Positions 51,081-63,811 of a stretch of DNA of 64,000 nucleotides are shown here, one piece after another. Position 1 is the first letter of the stretch, and each line of letters opens with the position of its first letter. The position numbers and the translations under genes are program-made. The DNA is from Squalus acanthias (Eukaryota), in contig CM059425.1 of the NCBI GenBank assembly GCA_030390025.1, positions 161,822,001-161,886,000 of the forward strand, written 5' to 3'. Under the pieces are notes generated by a model. The model saw only the letters and a program-made list of their open reading frames with translations. It was not told the DNA's origin and searched no databases.

Positions 51081-51954
51081 GTTACTGACTGATATTTCCT
51101 GTTCTTGTCTGGAAGCACCTAGTGACACAGAAGTTGAGTACAATGGTCGATTTCACTTCTGTTGAGAGTGCTTCTGGACATTACTCTATGGCTGTAGGTC
51201 AGATGTCAGGAGATAATACAGGTCTGATATGGCATCGCTGCTCTCCTTACACAATGATCCAAAATTTCTTCTATGGCCTTCAACCGCCTGAGTCATGGCT
51301 TCCTGCTGTTGCTTTTCTCCAAGGCATCGAATGTTGACATACTTACTGTGACACCCATGCTGCAGAATTCACTGAAGACTCATCCATTACCTATATTACT
51401 TGCTCTGCTCACCACTGGAACTTTGCTGACTCCCTCCAGGTCTTTAATGTCAGTTTTAAATGGGAAAAGTAATGCAATGTGTGAATGAAGTAAGTCCTGA
51501 GTAAATGTGCATATTCTACATTAATTGCTGCTTATTAGGAATTAACAACAACAAAAAGTTAGAATTAGGTCTGAGCAATAACATGCATTAGAAATAATTA
51601 CTTCCATTGAGAAAATGTAGAAGCATTTACAAAAGTCAATGGCTACTCAATTACAATCATAAAATGACCACCCCTTAATGCACATGGAGCAGATTAAACC
51701 GCTTTAAGGTGTAATTCCTCATTCTCCAAAAGCACATAGCAACATAAGAACATATATGCAGAATGGTAATGGAGCATTACAGTCCACCTGGTCAATCCCA
51801 AAGTTCAAAAAATACTACACTTTACACTATCTCTTATATTCCTCAAACACTTCTCCTGCCAAATATTTATCTGGAAATCTCTTGAATTTACAAACACAAT
51901 AAAACCCCACTGCCTCCCTTAGTAGTCCATTACACACATTCATTCCCATCTGAT

Positions 51955-52388
51955 TCAATTTTCAAAACAGGCCTTTAAATAGGTGCCCAGAACTTCTGCC
52001 AAAACAAACTGTTTAAATATGAAAATCGGGATCCTAACTGGTTGTAGGACCCTGGTTGCAATTTTCATGGAGAAATGCACGTTAATCCCATTTAGTCCAG
52101 ATGTTGAGAGGCCTAAGCAGCAGTCCTTAATGGGACTGCTGCAGGCTGCTCCAAAAAGGTAAGTTTTCAGTTTATTTAAAGATTTCTGTGGGGCCAGGAG
52201 GAGAATTTGTTGGTTGATTTTGCCTGATACCAAACTGGCAAGCTGCAGTGGAGCAACCATTTGATGCCCACAGCTCACCAGTAAAATGTAAATGTGGCCT
52301 GAACCTAAAAATGTCTGGGCCGCCACATTGTGGGCTTGGCGCATCACCAATATTGCATTCAGTTTGTGCCCGAACCGAAAATCTCCCC
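51955..52388. mobile_element. Degenerate Harbinger-type MITE
   Basis: Ends gaaaatctcccc; internal similarity to 46820-47220. Confidence 0.4.
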
Positions 52389-52826
52389 AATAGGGTTTTC
52401 TCAATTTTGTATCTAAGCAGATTCTTATCACGAAAATCTGAGCCAGGTATGCCTGTGTAACAGAATAAGATGCCAATCACAAGATGCCTGAAACTGAGCC
52501 ACATGTATACTGTTCTCTATGTGTGGAATATGACACATTATACAGTTCACTGCTTAGGCAGGAGTTACAGGATTGGTGTTAAATTTTCCCAGAATATTCG
52601 GTGTGTTGTAGTGGGAGTAATGATTTTTAGTGTCTCTGCATTGACCTTGTAAATAGAAACCTTTCCTGGATCAGGTCTACTTGCTTCCTGAAGCTGATGC
52701 ACCTCCTCCAAATTCTTCTCCTACAAGTCTTACAGGTTTAATGATTGTAATGATTGTTGGAACTATTGACTAGGATCAGTACCTACAGTGTTGTGGGCCA
52801 ACTGATCAAACAAATTGATCCAAGTA

Positions 52827-53158
52827 CAGGAAACTTTCGTTTATCCGGCACCGACGGGACCGGCGTGGTGCCGGTTGATCGAAAGTGCCGGATTACAGAG
52901 AGGTATACTTACCAAGGTACGAGAGCCCCGTACACGGCCACAGGCTGAACAATTGGGACTCGGAGAGGGAAGGTAAACGAGACTCCGGCTTTTTCCTCCG
53001 TGGCGGCGACAGGTCCGAGTCGGAAGAACGTTGACCCCCCTTTCGTGGGGGCGAAAGGTCAGAATCGGGGTCTTGTCTGTATAATAAAACTTACCTGATT
53101 TTTGCCGGTTAAGCGAGAATTCCGGATATTTGGGTGCCGGATAAACGAAAGTTTCCTG
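52827..53158. mobile_element. Tc1/mariner (Tigger/pogo-like) MITE, young
   Basis: Perfect 26-bp TIR caggaaactttcgtttatccggcacc, TA TSD, CpG-rich. Confidence 0.92.
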
Positions 53159-53747
53159 TATCAAAGCACTTGTGTATCAGTGGTCTTCACTGTTTTGTCC
53201 AAAGAGTAGTTGCTGTATTGAAAGCACTCATCAATGCTAAGAATCTGCCCAATGTTTAAGTCATGCACCCAAAAAGCACACTGACCAAAACAGGTAAGAA
53301 TAAGGCTCTTTTTCTTACCCCTATCTGTACTGGCAGTTTTGGGACATGAGTCTGCCCAAGGTCATCAACCTGAATTTTGACACCAGTATACATTGTTGGT
53401 TTATTGAGAGGCTAAAAAAATGAGTAACATTTAATTAAATGAAATGTAATAACTTCTGGAATATTGAATTATATTATGACTGCCAAAGGCCAGCCAGCCA
53501 GTCAACCAAGGGGCCTTGCAAACATAGAAGGAAAAGCTTTCCCTTGAAGTGCTTGACGTTGTATGAGTGATTACCAAGTAACATATAGCGTCATAATTCT
53601 GTCAAAACACACTAAAATTCATTGAAATAAAAATCAGAAATAGTCATGATTTTGTATTTGTGAATATCACTTCAAAGGCATTGATCCATGCTGACATAAA
53701 TGCAATGCACTGGCAGGGGTGCCAATGCGTAAATAAGGAATACAATT

Positions 53748-54453
53748 GGGGGGAAAATTGAGTCGTGCCCCCTTTGGGGCGCTAACTTTGCCGGGGCGCT
53801 ACTTTTAGCGCCCCATAAAAATTAGCGCCCCCATGCCGGAAATTGAGTTGTTGCGCCCCAAGAGGGAAGCGCTGCGAGTCAATATCGTGGCGCTACGTGC
53901 TGCAGCACCAGGCGCTGCGGCACGTCGCACAGCGTTATTGCTGGCTTTCCTCCCCTTCTTAAAGGGGAGGGGCCTTGCGCAGCGCAAACCGGGGATCGGG
54001 AGTGCCGGCAAAAGAGCCCGGCACTCAAGAGAAGTGCCGGGCTCTTGGAGTGCAGCCGGCACTTCGCCGGGGGGGCTTCACGGGGGCCGGAGACAGCAAC
54101 GTGGGCAGGTGCTGGCAGACGGTCAGCAACAAAAATGGCCGCCCGCCACCTCCCCTTTAACTAGCGCTGCCCCAGCCACAGGTAGGCCCCCCTGACCCCG
54201 TCGGACATAGCGTCCAGCAGTAAGTCAAGGGGTGCTACCGAAGATCGTGGCCGGAGCGCGAGCGGGGCGCTGCGCACGGCGATGACATCATCGCCGGCGG
54301 TGCAGCGCCACAGGGCGCTACCGGTTAGCGCCGCCGCTAACCTCCCGCTGAATTTCGCGGGAGGCGTCGCACCCGGGCACTAGTTGCTTTGCGCCCCATT
54401 AGCGCCCTCTTAAGGCGCTAACGGGAGGCGCAAACCAACTGAGTTTTCCCCCC
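53748..54453 (+). mobile_element. Non-autonomous MITE of the 36286 Harbinger family
   Basis: Right end gctttgcgccccattagcgccctcttaaggcgctaacgggaggcgc is identical to about 39987-40032; ggggggaaaa / ttttcccccc TIRs. Confidence 0.88.
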
Positions 54454-54555
54454 AATTGTGTCTTACTTCTGTACCTTGGCATTTAGCTTTTAATATTTCA
54501 TTCTGTGCTATAGGTCTGTTTGTTGGATAATGGTACAGCACCTACTGAATACAAT

Positions 54556-55285
54556 GGGCTCGATTTTGCCAGGCCCGAGGAGGCGGGAATGGAGGCGTGT
54601 GGGGTGTTAAAATTGCAAAAAATGGCGGGCGGGCGGGCCCGACCCCGCCTCCAAGCAATTTTCCCAAATACGTGGTTTCTGATCCCGTCTCCATCCCGCC
54701 TCCAAGAGGCGGGACAGGCCTTTAAGGCCCTTAACAACCACTTAATTGCCTCTATAATCCCATTTTGAGAGGCCTTTCTGATTTTAACACTTTTCCGACG
54801 TGATGCACGCCTCCTCTGAAACACGACGGTGAAACCTGGCGGTAGCACACTTGGATTGCTGACTATCAGCTGCAGGTCCACCATTAAGAAAGAGATTTGA
54901 TCAATCATCATTCTGGGGGAACTTTTAGCAGTGATAACCATTGTTGTGGAAGTTTGGAGCCTGGAGCAGGGGTGGGGTGGTGGTAAAAAAAATCTGGGAG
55001 CAGACTTAGGTCTCCTGCTGCTCATTTTGCCTCCAGGTCCCTCTCATAGCAAAGGCCAAAAGCTTCCCAGTCTTTGCAGACCTTAAATGCAGCAGCAGTG
55101 ATGACATCATCAGAGGCGACTTTCAGACTGAAAAAACTAATTGGGTCATGGGTTCCCACATGCTGGAACTCAATTGCCCAATTAGGGGAAAAGCCAATAA
55201 TTCTCCCACTTCCAATTGGAGTCGGGTGGCTAACACGAAAAGCGGATGACACGACCCCAGCCCGCCCCAATGACAAAATCAAGCC
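54556..55285. mobile_element. Harbinger-type MITE
   Basis: TIR gggctcgattttgcc / gacaaaatcaagcc; repeated ggaggcg motifs. Confidence 0.7.
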
Positions 55286-55443
55286 ATGATCTGCATTCCA
55301 AATGTAGAAAACATTGAATGAGCATCATTGCAACAATTATAATGCTTGGCAAAGCCCTGGTAACGAATGCAAACCTTGCCTGAGGCACATAACTACTTTT
55401 CAGACAATTTTACCTAACTTAATTTTTTCGCTTTTTAATACTT

Positions 55444-56833
55444 GGGGGCCGATTTTCCCACTGGAGGCGAGATGGAGGCGGGTTTCAGTTTGGGTGGGTT
55501 TGAAACTCGCCTCCACTGATAGGTTTCAAAAATTTGCGATTTTCCCATGATTGGCCACTTGATTTCAGAGGTGTAGGATGCCCTTGCTCAATTAGTGTTT
55601 TGGGACTGAAACTCGCCTCTGTTGACAGCACTTTTCCAGTCTGATTTTATGACCTTGCTCCCTTGGCTCATTCCACAGCATTTCTGCGTCTCCTGCACCA
55701 CGTCCAACATCTTTTGAGAAACCACAATGTCCAATTCCAAGGCAAGGGCCTACCCGAGGCTCTCGGATGAGGCGCTGCAAATGTTGTTTGAGGGGGTGAC
55801 AGCTAGCAGGTAGGTGCTCTTCCACTCATCTCGGAGGAAGGGGCCTGCCAAAGAAACCAAGGCTGTGTGGGTACAGCTGGCAAGGGATATAACCTCCAGA
55901 TCTGTGTGCAGATAGGGAGACTGTTTCTGTGTATTGATGAAATGCCATCCCTGTTGGAAAGTATTAAAATGATTTGAAGCCAAAATGTTGGCGTTATGCC
56001 ATCTGTTCTTTTACCTTAGGCAGCTCCACATTGCGGGCACCACCACACTTGCGTTGTCAGGTTGGTGGCCTGAGTGAAAGGAGGCCAGAGAGTCATGTCC
56101 ATTGTCAACGATGTCCTAGGATGGAGCCAAGGACATGTGCCAACTTGGGCAACCTATGCAAATCTGGCCATGATAAGTTCATCCCTTGCATCCCGGGCAG
56201 CCATGTGCTCACGTGCTGCCGCTGGTCGATACACTGACGCTCTGACCTCTTCCTCCTCCAGATCCTCCTCCTCCTCCTCATCTGAGGTCAATGCAGAAAG
56301 AAAACGAAGGTTCCCATTCTGCTTGTAGATGGCTCCTTTGGGGAAGCGCTCATTGCAAGCCGGGAGAGGGTCTTCCAAGGATGTCCCACAGTTGATGGAG
56401 TCAAGCTGCAGCACCTCTGACTTCGGAAGGCCTTCTAAAAGTGCTCAGAGACCTTTTAAAGCCAAGGTCTGTCACCTGCAAGTAATCCTTGCTGCAATAA
56501 ACGATGTCTTGTTAGACTTGCAGCAGTGAGGAGGCCACCCACGAGTCAACCCGTCAGGTTTACCTGGCGTGGTTCAGGAGGTGCGTGGAGCACACCGAAA
56601 TGCTGGAAAAATCACGAGGGCCTCTCAAAATAGGCTTAGAGATGCCCTTAACGAGCATTTAAGGAGGTTAAATAGCGCAATGGCCAGCTGGAGGTGGGAG
56701 CGATTCCCGACCTCCAAAACCGGCACCGACAAAATCCCACGGAGGCGGGTTCCAAACCCGACCTCTTTGAATCTGATTTTCCCGCCTTTCCCGCCTCCAA
56801 ACCCGCCTCCTCCGACGTCAGAAAATCGCCCCC
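55444..56833 (+). mobile_element. Harbinger deletion derivative with Myb remnant (+, about 55727-55925) and transposase C-terminal remnant (-, about 56154-56300)
   Basis: TIR gggggccgattttc / gaaaatcgccccc; MSNSKARAYPRLSDEAL..; EEEEDLEEEE..ARDARDELIMARFA*. Confidence 0.82.
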
Positions 56834-57029
56834 TCAATCTCTTGTTTTGCAGTTTGCCTTTCACTGTCTTGCACAGCTCTTTTCTATCTTGCCTCTCTCC
56901 CTACTAAGAAATTTCAGCTGCTCTGCCCAAAACTCTTTTCTTGGTCCAAAATAATTGTTCATAATGGCCCAGAATAGTGTCTAGAATCTTTTACACAATA
57001 TTTGTTCTTTAAATTTTATTTATATATAG

Positions 57030-57541
57030 TAAGGAGTGTGATGGAATACTCTCCACTTGCCTGAATAAGTGCAGCTCCAACAACACTCAAGCTCGACACC
57101 ATCCAGGACAAAGCGGCCCGCTTGATTGGCACCCCATCTGCCACCTTAAACATTCACTCCCTCCACCACCGGCGTACCGTGGCTGCAGTGTGTACCATCT
57201 ACAAGATGCACTGCAGCAACTCGCCAAGGCTTCTTCGGCAGCACCTCCCAAACCCGCGACCTCTTTCACCTAGAAGGACAAGGGCAGCAGGCGCATGGGA
57301 ACACCACCACCTACAAGTTCCCCTCCAAGTCACACACCATCCTGACTTAGAAGTATATCGCCGTTCTTCATCATCGCTGGGTCAAAATCCTGGAACTCCC
57401 CACCTAACAGCACTGTGGGAGTACCTTCATCACACGGACTGCAGCGGCTCACCACCACCTTCTCAAGGGCAATTAGGGATGGGCAATAAATGCTGGCCTT
57501 GCCCGCGACGCCCACATCCCAAAAAAACGAATTAAAAAAAA
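57030..57541 (+). mobile_element. LINE family B 3' fragment
   Basis: IHSLHHRRTVAAVCTIYKMHC and A-rich tail. Confidence 0.88.
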
Positions 57542-58019
57542 TATAAGAAGGAAAGTACAAACTTCACTGTGGAGCACACCTCCTTATAACAAATTGCTTG
57601 GCCTTTTCAGGGTGTGAGGTTACAGAACTTTTGTGCGCATTTGTTCTTCTTACAATAACCATTCTAACTACTTCATCAATTCACAACCTTTTGGAACAGA
57701 AAATATAGGGCATGCTCTAAAAGAAAAGTTAAAACTTCTATGTAAAGCAAAACATAAATAATGCATGCATCAAAATCTACTAGTGAATTTATTGATTATT
57801 CCGTGTCTGTCACATCAGTGGACACTGACCACAGCATATTAATAAACAGCTTCACTGTTTCATCGCTTTTCTGCATAAACTGTGAGTGAATCATAAATAA
57901 TTGCTGAATTCCTGTACAAGTCTGTAGGACAGTGCTGCAGGCAGCAGAATGCAGCTGGGTGAGACCAAGCACTTGAAAGTTTTGTCTGTTGTTTAGATTT
58001 GCAAAACGTCAGTAATATA

Positions 58020-58181
58020 ATAACTGAAATTCACAGATTTAGACATGCTGGGGTGCAAAATGGGCAGTCGCGGATCAGTTATATTCCCGGTTTAATTTTC
58101 CTTTCCATTGAAGTCAACGGAAAGAAAAATTGGGCAGTTGCTCCTGCCTGTTTCCCATTCCTGAAGTTGAATTTCAGCCCC
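58020..58181. mobile_element. Degenerate palindromic MITE
   Basis: ctgaaattca / tgaatttcag ends, central cattgaagtcaa. Confidence 0.55.
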
Positions 58182-58369
58182 TTTGATTCTTTTAAAATGT
58201 TCACATTTGTGATGAGTTTAAAAAAAACATCCTTTTTTCCCCAGGTTGATTGGTGGGGAGAAGAGCTGAAATAGACATACTAACTACACCTATTATACAG
58301 TGAAATCAATAAGTAGGTTGCAACATCCCATTTCAGAATGTATTAAAAACTCCGATGTCAGGTTTTATG

Positions 58370-58680
58370 GGATGCACTGCAGAAGATCATCAAGGCTTCT
58401 TTGGCAGTAGCTGCCAAAACCTTGACCTCCACCACCTAGAAGGACAAGTGCAGCAAGTCACATACCATCATGACTTGGATATATATATATATAGCTGTTC
58501 TTTCATTGTGGCTGGGTAAAAACTCTGGAACTCCCTACCTAACAGCATTGTGGGTGCAGCTTCACCACATGCACTACAGCAGTTCAAGAAGAAGGTCCAC
58601 CACCACCTTCTCAAGTGCAATTAGGGATGGTCAATAAATTCCAGCCTTGCCATCAAAACCTACATCCTGAGAATGATATG
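58370..58680 (+). mobile_element. Older LINE family B 3' fragment
   Basis: Colinear with 57205-57525. Confidence 0.75.
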
Positions 58681-58729
58681 TACAACTCACAGTCACTGAG
58701 GACAATTGTAGCATCTTTATCATTTTCTG

Positions 58730-58822
58730 CTGAATCAGCACAGAGGATCAAACCTGGAGCCTCCCTGATCTGTATGACTCAATACTACACTGGGTAGTGC
58801 TTTTACCATCTGAACTACTGGA
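58730..58822 (-). mobile_element. tRNA-derived SINE head fragment
   Basis: Reverse strand has A-box-like tagttcagatgg and B-box-like ggtttgatcc. Confidence 0.5.
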
Positions 58823-59189
58823 GGAACATCTCAATTATACCTTTAACATAAATTGAAAATATCTAAATTACCAAATACTTTCAATGAAGATACTGACCCT
58901 TTAATCCTCTGAAGCAGCCTATCCTGCCATTACCGTGACAATTCGCAGAATGAAAAATGAAAATGACAATATGGATTCTTACTTAAAGAAAAGCAGCCAC
59001 ATGTCATGTTGTAGTATTAAAAAGTTCTGCTAAGATTTGAGGCATTTTTGATTCAATTATATATTTGATTAATAGCTGTAAATTTCAGGCATTCCTTTAT
59101 TTGTGAAAAAAGACCAGTGTAACTCTTCACAACTGTGAAATATCACTGATAATTCCTATCGCCAATGAGATGTGTTCTACGATCAAGCA

Positions 59190-59830
59190 AGGCACCACAC
59201 TTTAGTAAGGACATGAAAGCTTTGGAGAGGATACAGAAGAGATTTACTAGAATGGTTCCAGGGATAAGGGATTACAGTTACAAGGATAGACTGGAGAAGC
59301 TGGGTTTGTTCTCCTTAGAGCAGAGAAGGCTAAGAGGAGATTTGACAGAAGTGTTTAAAATCATATAAGGTTTAGATAGAGTAAATAAATAGGACCCTTC
59401 TGACTCTGTTTCTCTCTCCACAGATGCTGACTGACCTGCTGAGTATTTCCAGCATTTTCTGTTTTTATTTCAGATTTCCAGCATCCGCAGTATTTTGCTT
59501 TTGTAAATAAAGAGGAACTGTTTCTCATGGCTGAAGGGTCGATAACCAGAGGGCACAGATTTACGGTGATTGGTAAAAGAATCAGAGGCGACATGAGGTA
59601 AAACTTTTAACGAGTGGTTAGGATTTGGAATGCACTGCCTGATAGGGTGGTGGATACAGATTAAATAGCAGCCTTCAAAAGGGGATTGGATAAATACTCG
59701 AAGGAGAAAAAATTGCAGGGATATGGGGAAAGAGCAGAGGAGTGGGAGTAACTGGATTGCTCTTCGAAAGTGCAGACTTGATGGGCCGAATGGCCTCCTT
59801 CTTTGCTGTACTGTTCTATGATTCTATTCT
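59190..59830 (+). mobile_element. CR1 3' fragment interrupted by a short Penelope insertion
   Basis: ALERIQKRFTRMVPG..LGLFSLEQRRLRGDL; (attct)n tail. Confidence 0.88.
59395..59502 (+). mobile_element. About 105-bp Penelope family A tail lacking the hammerhead core
   Basis: TSD gtaaataaa(t/g)agga; similarity to family A starts at actctgtttctc. Confidence 0.8.
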
Positions 59831-59929
59831 ATAAGTTGATAGAGGCAAAAACATTGGCATATTCAAATGACAATTAGATGCCATTATGGAAAGTTAATGC
59901 ACTAAAGGAATGAGCTTCAATAGAATGAT

Positions 59930-60160
59930 ACAATTATACAGCACAGAAGGAGGCCATTGGGCCCATCGTGCCGGAGCTGGTTCTCTGAAAGTGCAACCAA
60001 TTAGTCTCACTCCCCTGCTCTTTCCACATAGCCCTGCAAATGTTTCCTTTTTAATTAGAGCTCCAATTCCCTTTTGAAAGTTACTAGTGAGTCTGCTTCC
60101 ACCACCCTTTCAGGCAATGCATTCCAGATCATCATAACTCACTGCGTAAAAAAAATTCTC
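59930..60160 (-). mobile_element. CR1 3' end fragment
   Basis: gcacagaaggaggccatt 3' UTR motif. Confidence 0.75.
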
Positions 60161-61621
60161 AATCGGCTCAATGGCTTCTTCGCATCCCTGACTTTTCTTA
60201 TATTTATGTTTCACACATCTTATGATCAGACGTGCAAGCCCATGACATGTATGTGTTAAAAAAAATTAATACATATATTATGATTAGTCAATTTAGTAGT
60301 GGTGATGATGACAACCAGATCCGCTAAAGCATCACTTACTTGAAAGCTGTTGACTCTGCAGTTTTCCAGACCACTATCTGAACTTGAGGTAATTGAAATT
60401 GAGAGGTAACCAAATAAGCAGAGGGTGGGATTTTTTTCTTTGAAAAAGCAGATTAAAAAATATATAGATAAAAAAATAACCTAGGAAGAGCCACTTTATT
60501 ACACACAGTGCAGCAGGAAGTGCCGATTAGAATGCTGATGGCACAGGGTTAAAGAAAATGTCATACAGAAATCTGCCTTTTATACAGTTCACCTTTCAGA
60601 TATATTTAGTTTTCTGAAAAATCTAATTCTCTGATTTCTTACTGGCATCATCCCATTATACAGTGCTGCAGTGGAGGCAAAGTCTTCTTAAAATGAAGAT
60701 CCCTGCCGTGTACCTGGAGACCATTTTAATTCACTCACTAGCTAAACTCTCAGAGGGGCTGGTGTATATGGTAACACAGAAGCCAATATCCCAGCTATCA
60801 GTTTTCATACAGCCCGGCTGGACCTTTACATTACTGCTGCCCCACATTTATTGTTCTTTCATTGCATCTGTCAGCATTTCCTGACAGCGCATTACAGAGC
60901 GCATGGCTGCAGAGTCGGTATCAATCAGTGCAAGATCATGCAGATATAAGTAACAGAATGTTGATAATGGGTCCTAAATCAGATCATCATGGCTTACGCA
61001 TAAGATTCTTAAAAGGTAGTGACCCCTAGGGATCTCCCAGGTACCTTGCACCTGTTACCAGCCATAGCCATTCAAACATACAGAAAGTACCTGCAGTGTT
61101 CATTTTAAGTCTCTTTTCACCTCAGTTAAATGAAACTAAGGCATCTAGCAGCAACATACTGCTGATCTGGTTCTTGTCTAGTTTTTGTATCTACATAATT
61201 GCTCTATGTGTCCATCATCATTGGCAGATGTAGAAAGTGCCTATCTCTGTAGCTTCCCTGCTTGTTTCTCTTCACTGCAGGCTTGCAGAGAGGGAGCATA
61301 GAAGTGTCATTTAATGAATAGTGCTATTCTTTGTCTGACAGCTTCATATCTGTTAGGTGTAAGAGGCCCTAGACTTTCCTCTGCTAATGCCTTTGACAGC
61401 GTGCTAAATTCCCTCCACACACACCCTGTATGTATTGCACTGTAAGAGGCTTCGCCTACCCTGAATAACTGCCCTCTCTTAGCCCCCTTCAGCTGCTGTT
61501 CTTACATTAATTGAGCAAATCAGATTGAGCAGATGAATTCATCTTTGATGTAGCTGGATGTTTTGCCGACACTGCTGGATGTGGCTTCAGCTATGGACAG
61601 AATGCTCAGACAAATAGGCCT

Positions 61622-61635
61622 GTTGCCATGGAAAC
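61622..61635. promoter_or_regulatory. Candidate RFX X-box in unique sequence
   Basis: GTTGCCATGGAAAC, a 13/14 match to the palindromic GTTGCCATGGCAAC. Confidence 0.4.
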
Positions 61636-62715
61636 AAGTGATAACTGGGGATATCTTGAAAAACATATTTTTTTTATTTTAGAATTCAGACTACAAAATT
61701 CTCAGTGGATATACTTCTCAGTTCTAAATGTGTCACATCCAATGAAGAATGCAATTAAAAAGCTCTCTCCAGTACTTTACATTATTAATCAGGCTAATTT
61801 TTAAACTTTACAATTACTGAAGACCATTTGCTAAGGTCACATGTGTATGTATGCAGAATACTTATGTGATAACTTATCTCCTATGTGTCTTATTTAATAC
61901 ACATAAAAAAATGCCATCAATGTCTTATGAAAAATATTAAGAATTTCTGCCAGTTAAGTTTTTTTTATTCTACAAAAATTGGTAGCACAAGAGCAGCGTG
62001 AAGTTACACGTATGCTATCATTTCGTGCCTATAGGCCACAGCTCACACAGATTTTAGCTCACTGTTGGGCACAGGTTATTCAAGTATACACCATACACAA
62101 GTCCAATTCTGTAGTTTATAATAAAGGATGTCATTTTCATTAAAAATTGCGTTACAACTCATTTATGACTCTGAACATTTTCAATGAATTCTAATCAAAA
62201 TTTTACATATTTTCTCAATAGTTTCAAACACAATTTACAACTCGGATTAATCTAAATTGGTTATTTTGGGATTCATTTGAGTCCAATTTGGATATTTCTG
62301 ATTTAGCTGGCCTGTCACCTTGATGCAGAGAGTGAACAGTCTCATTCTCACTTATGGTTGGCTTGTTATGAGTATGAACAATGCCATACTAACATTAATG
62401 CACTTCCACATTTTAGCCTTCTTATGTCTAGAAGGCAGTGACATTGAACTAAGTTACGTAGAGAGCTGTTTGTAATAAAGCATTACGTTTATTCAATATC
62501 CATAGTGGAATAATGGCTGCATGTTTTGAAGAATCTGTTTTCCTGACAGCATGGGAAAGGGGTCATACAAATGAGGTGCCCATTTTACTGCTGGACTAAA
62601 GAAATTTTCCCAATCTGATTACTCCCCTAGTCGTCATAAGGGGAAGAAGAGGTAATAGGTAACAAGATTTCTACTCTCTTCAACATCCTGATGTGTGGTA
62701 GTTTTAAAAAAAAAA

Positions 62716-63000
62716 TTGTTCTTGGGATTTGAGCACTACTGGCAAGGTAGTATTTATTGCCCATCTCTAGTTGCCCTGAGAGTATTATGAGTCAACCATG
62801 TAGTGTGGAACTGAAGTCACATGTAAGCCAGACTTCATAGGGGTGGTAGTTTCATTGAACTAGTTGGGTTTTTACAAAAATTCAACAGGTTTGATAGACC
62901 ACAAATGACCAGACTGATTGAATTTAATTTCAAAATTTATCATGGTGGGAACTCTCAACCTCTGGGTTGCTAGTGCAGTACCATAACCATTAGGCTACTA
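62716..63000 (-). mobile_element. tRNA-derived SINE sharing its 3' tail with LINE family B
   Basis: Head tagcctaatggtta (A-box-like); tail gggcaactagagatgggcaataaatac..ccttgccag matches the LINE B 3' end. Confidence 0.7.
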
Positions 63001-63811
63001 TATCTTGATAGTATAAAAGGCTAAACATTCAACGTATCTGTTTCCTTGATGGTCTAGAGAGCCTGTGACACAGATACTCCTGTAATGCATCGTTTAATAT
63101 TGATCCTTGTCTAGTAATAATGGTGACTTGAGGTGGTCTTTTTTTCATTTCACTGAGCACTTTTCTTAAGGTCCAACCTTTAGTGTTTCACCAGTATTAG
63201 CAAAGGGTTGCAACAGAACAAAAATACCTTGTCCTCTCTTTGTTGCGTGCTGTGGTCATGTTTTTGACCTAAACGTTAGCAGGTGGTCCTTTAATCTGCC
63301 AATTACTTGATAGTAGTACAAAATGCATGAAGTGGATAGGAAGGTGGGTTTATTACCAAGAGTAATGTGTTTTTGCCCATCAAGATAAACAATCAAATCT
63401 ATGGTGCCTGTTTATATGATTGCAAGGACGAATGTTTCCCTGTCCTCATTTTCCCTCCTGCACATTTTTTATCGGCAAGAAATTACAATTTAAACTTGAC
63501 AAAAATAACAAGCTGACCTGAACTTAAAAAAAACCTCAAACCTGATTCTTAATTTTCCACACAACACTGGTCACCTTTAATCTTTCATTACTACTACTAC
63601 CCCTCCCCGCCCCCCCACGCACAACACGAGTGGGAGTAGGCTGGGGGAGGCAGTTACAATTTCAAAAATCTGAAACCCGACCCCAATCACGCCCAGTTCC
63701 GGTTGTAATGGAGACAAATTGGGGGCGAACAACTAACATACTCTCGAGAGGCGTTTCAGTAATTTAAATATGCTAATGAGGCTGTGTGTCTCAAATCTTA
63801 ACAGACTTTTA

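Noticed and set aside
54498..55025. 175-aa ORF and similar ORFs in GC-rich MITEs (44918-45427, 51955-52476, 53833-54195)
   Set aside because: No recognisable domains; consistent with chance ORFs within repeats
58730..58822. tRNA gene
   Set aside because: Only degenerate A/B boxes and no cloverleaf; interpreted as a SINE head
60340..60400. Possible minus-strand micro-exons next to GTAAGT-type donors (also near 6394 and 17250)
   Set aside because: Weak acceptors and unrecognisable peptides; cannot be supported without RNA data
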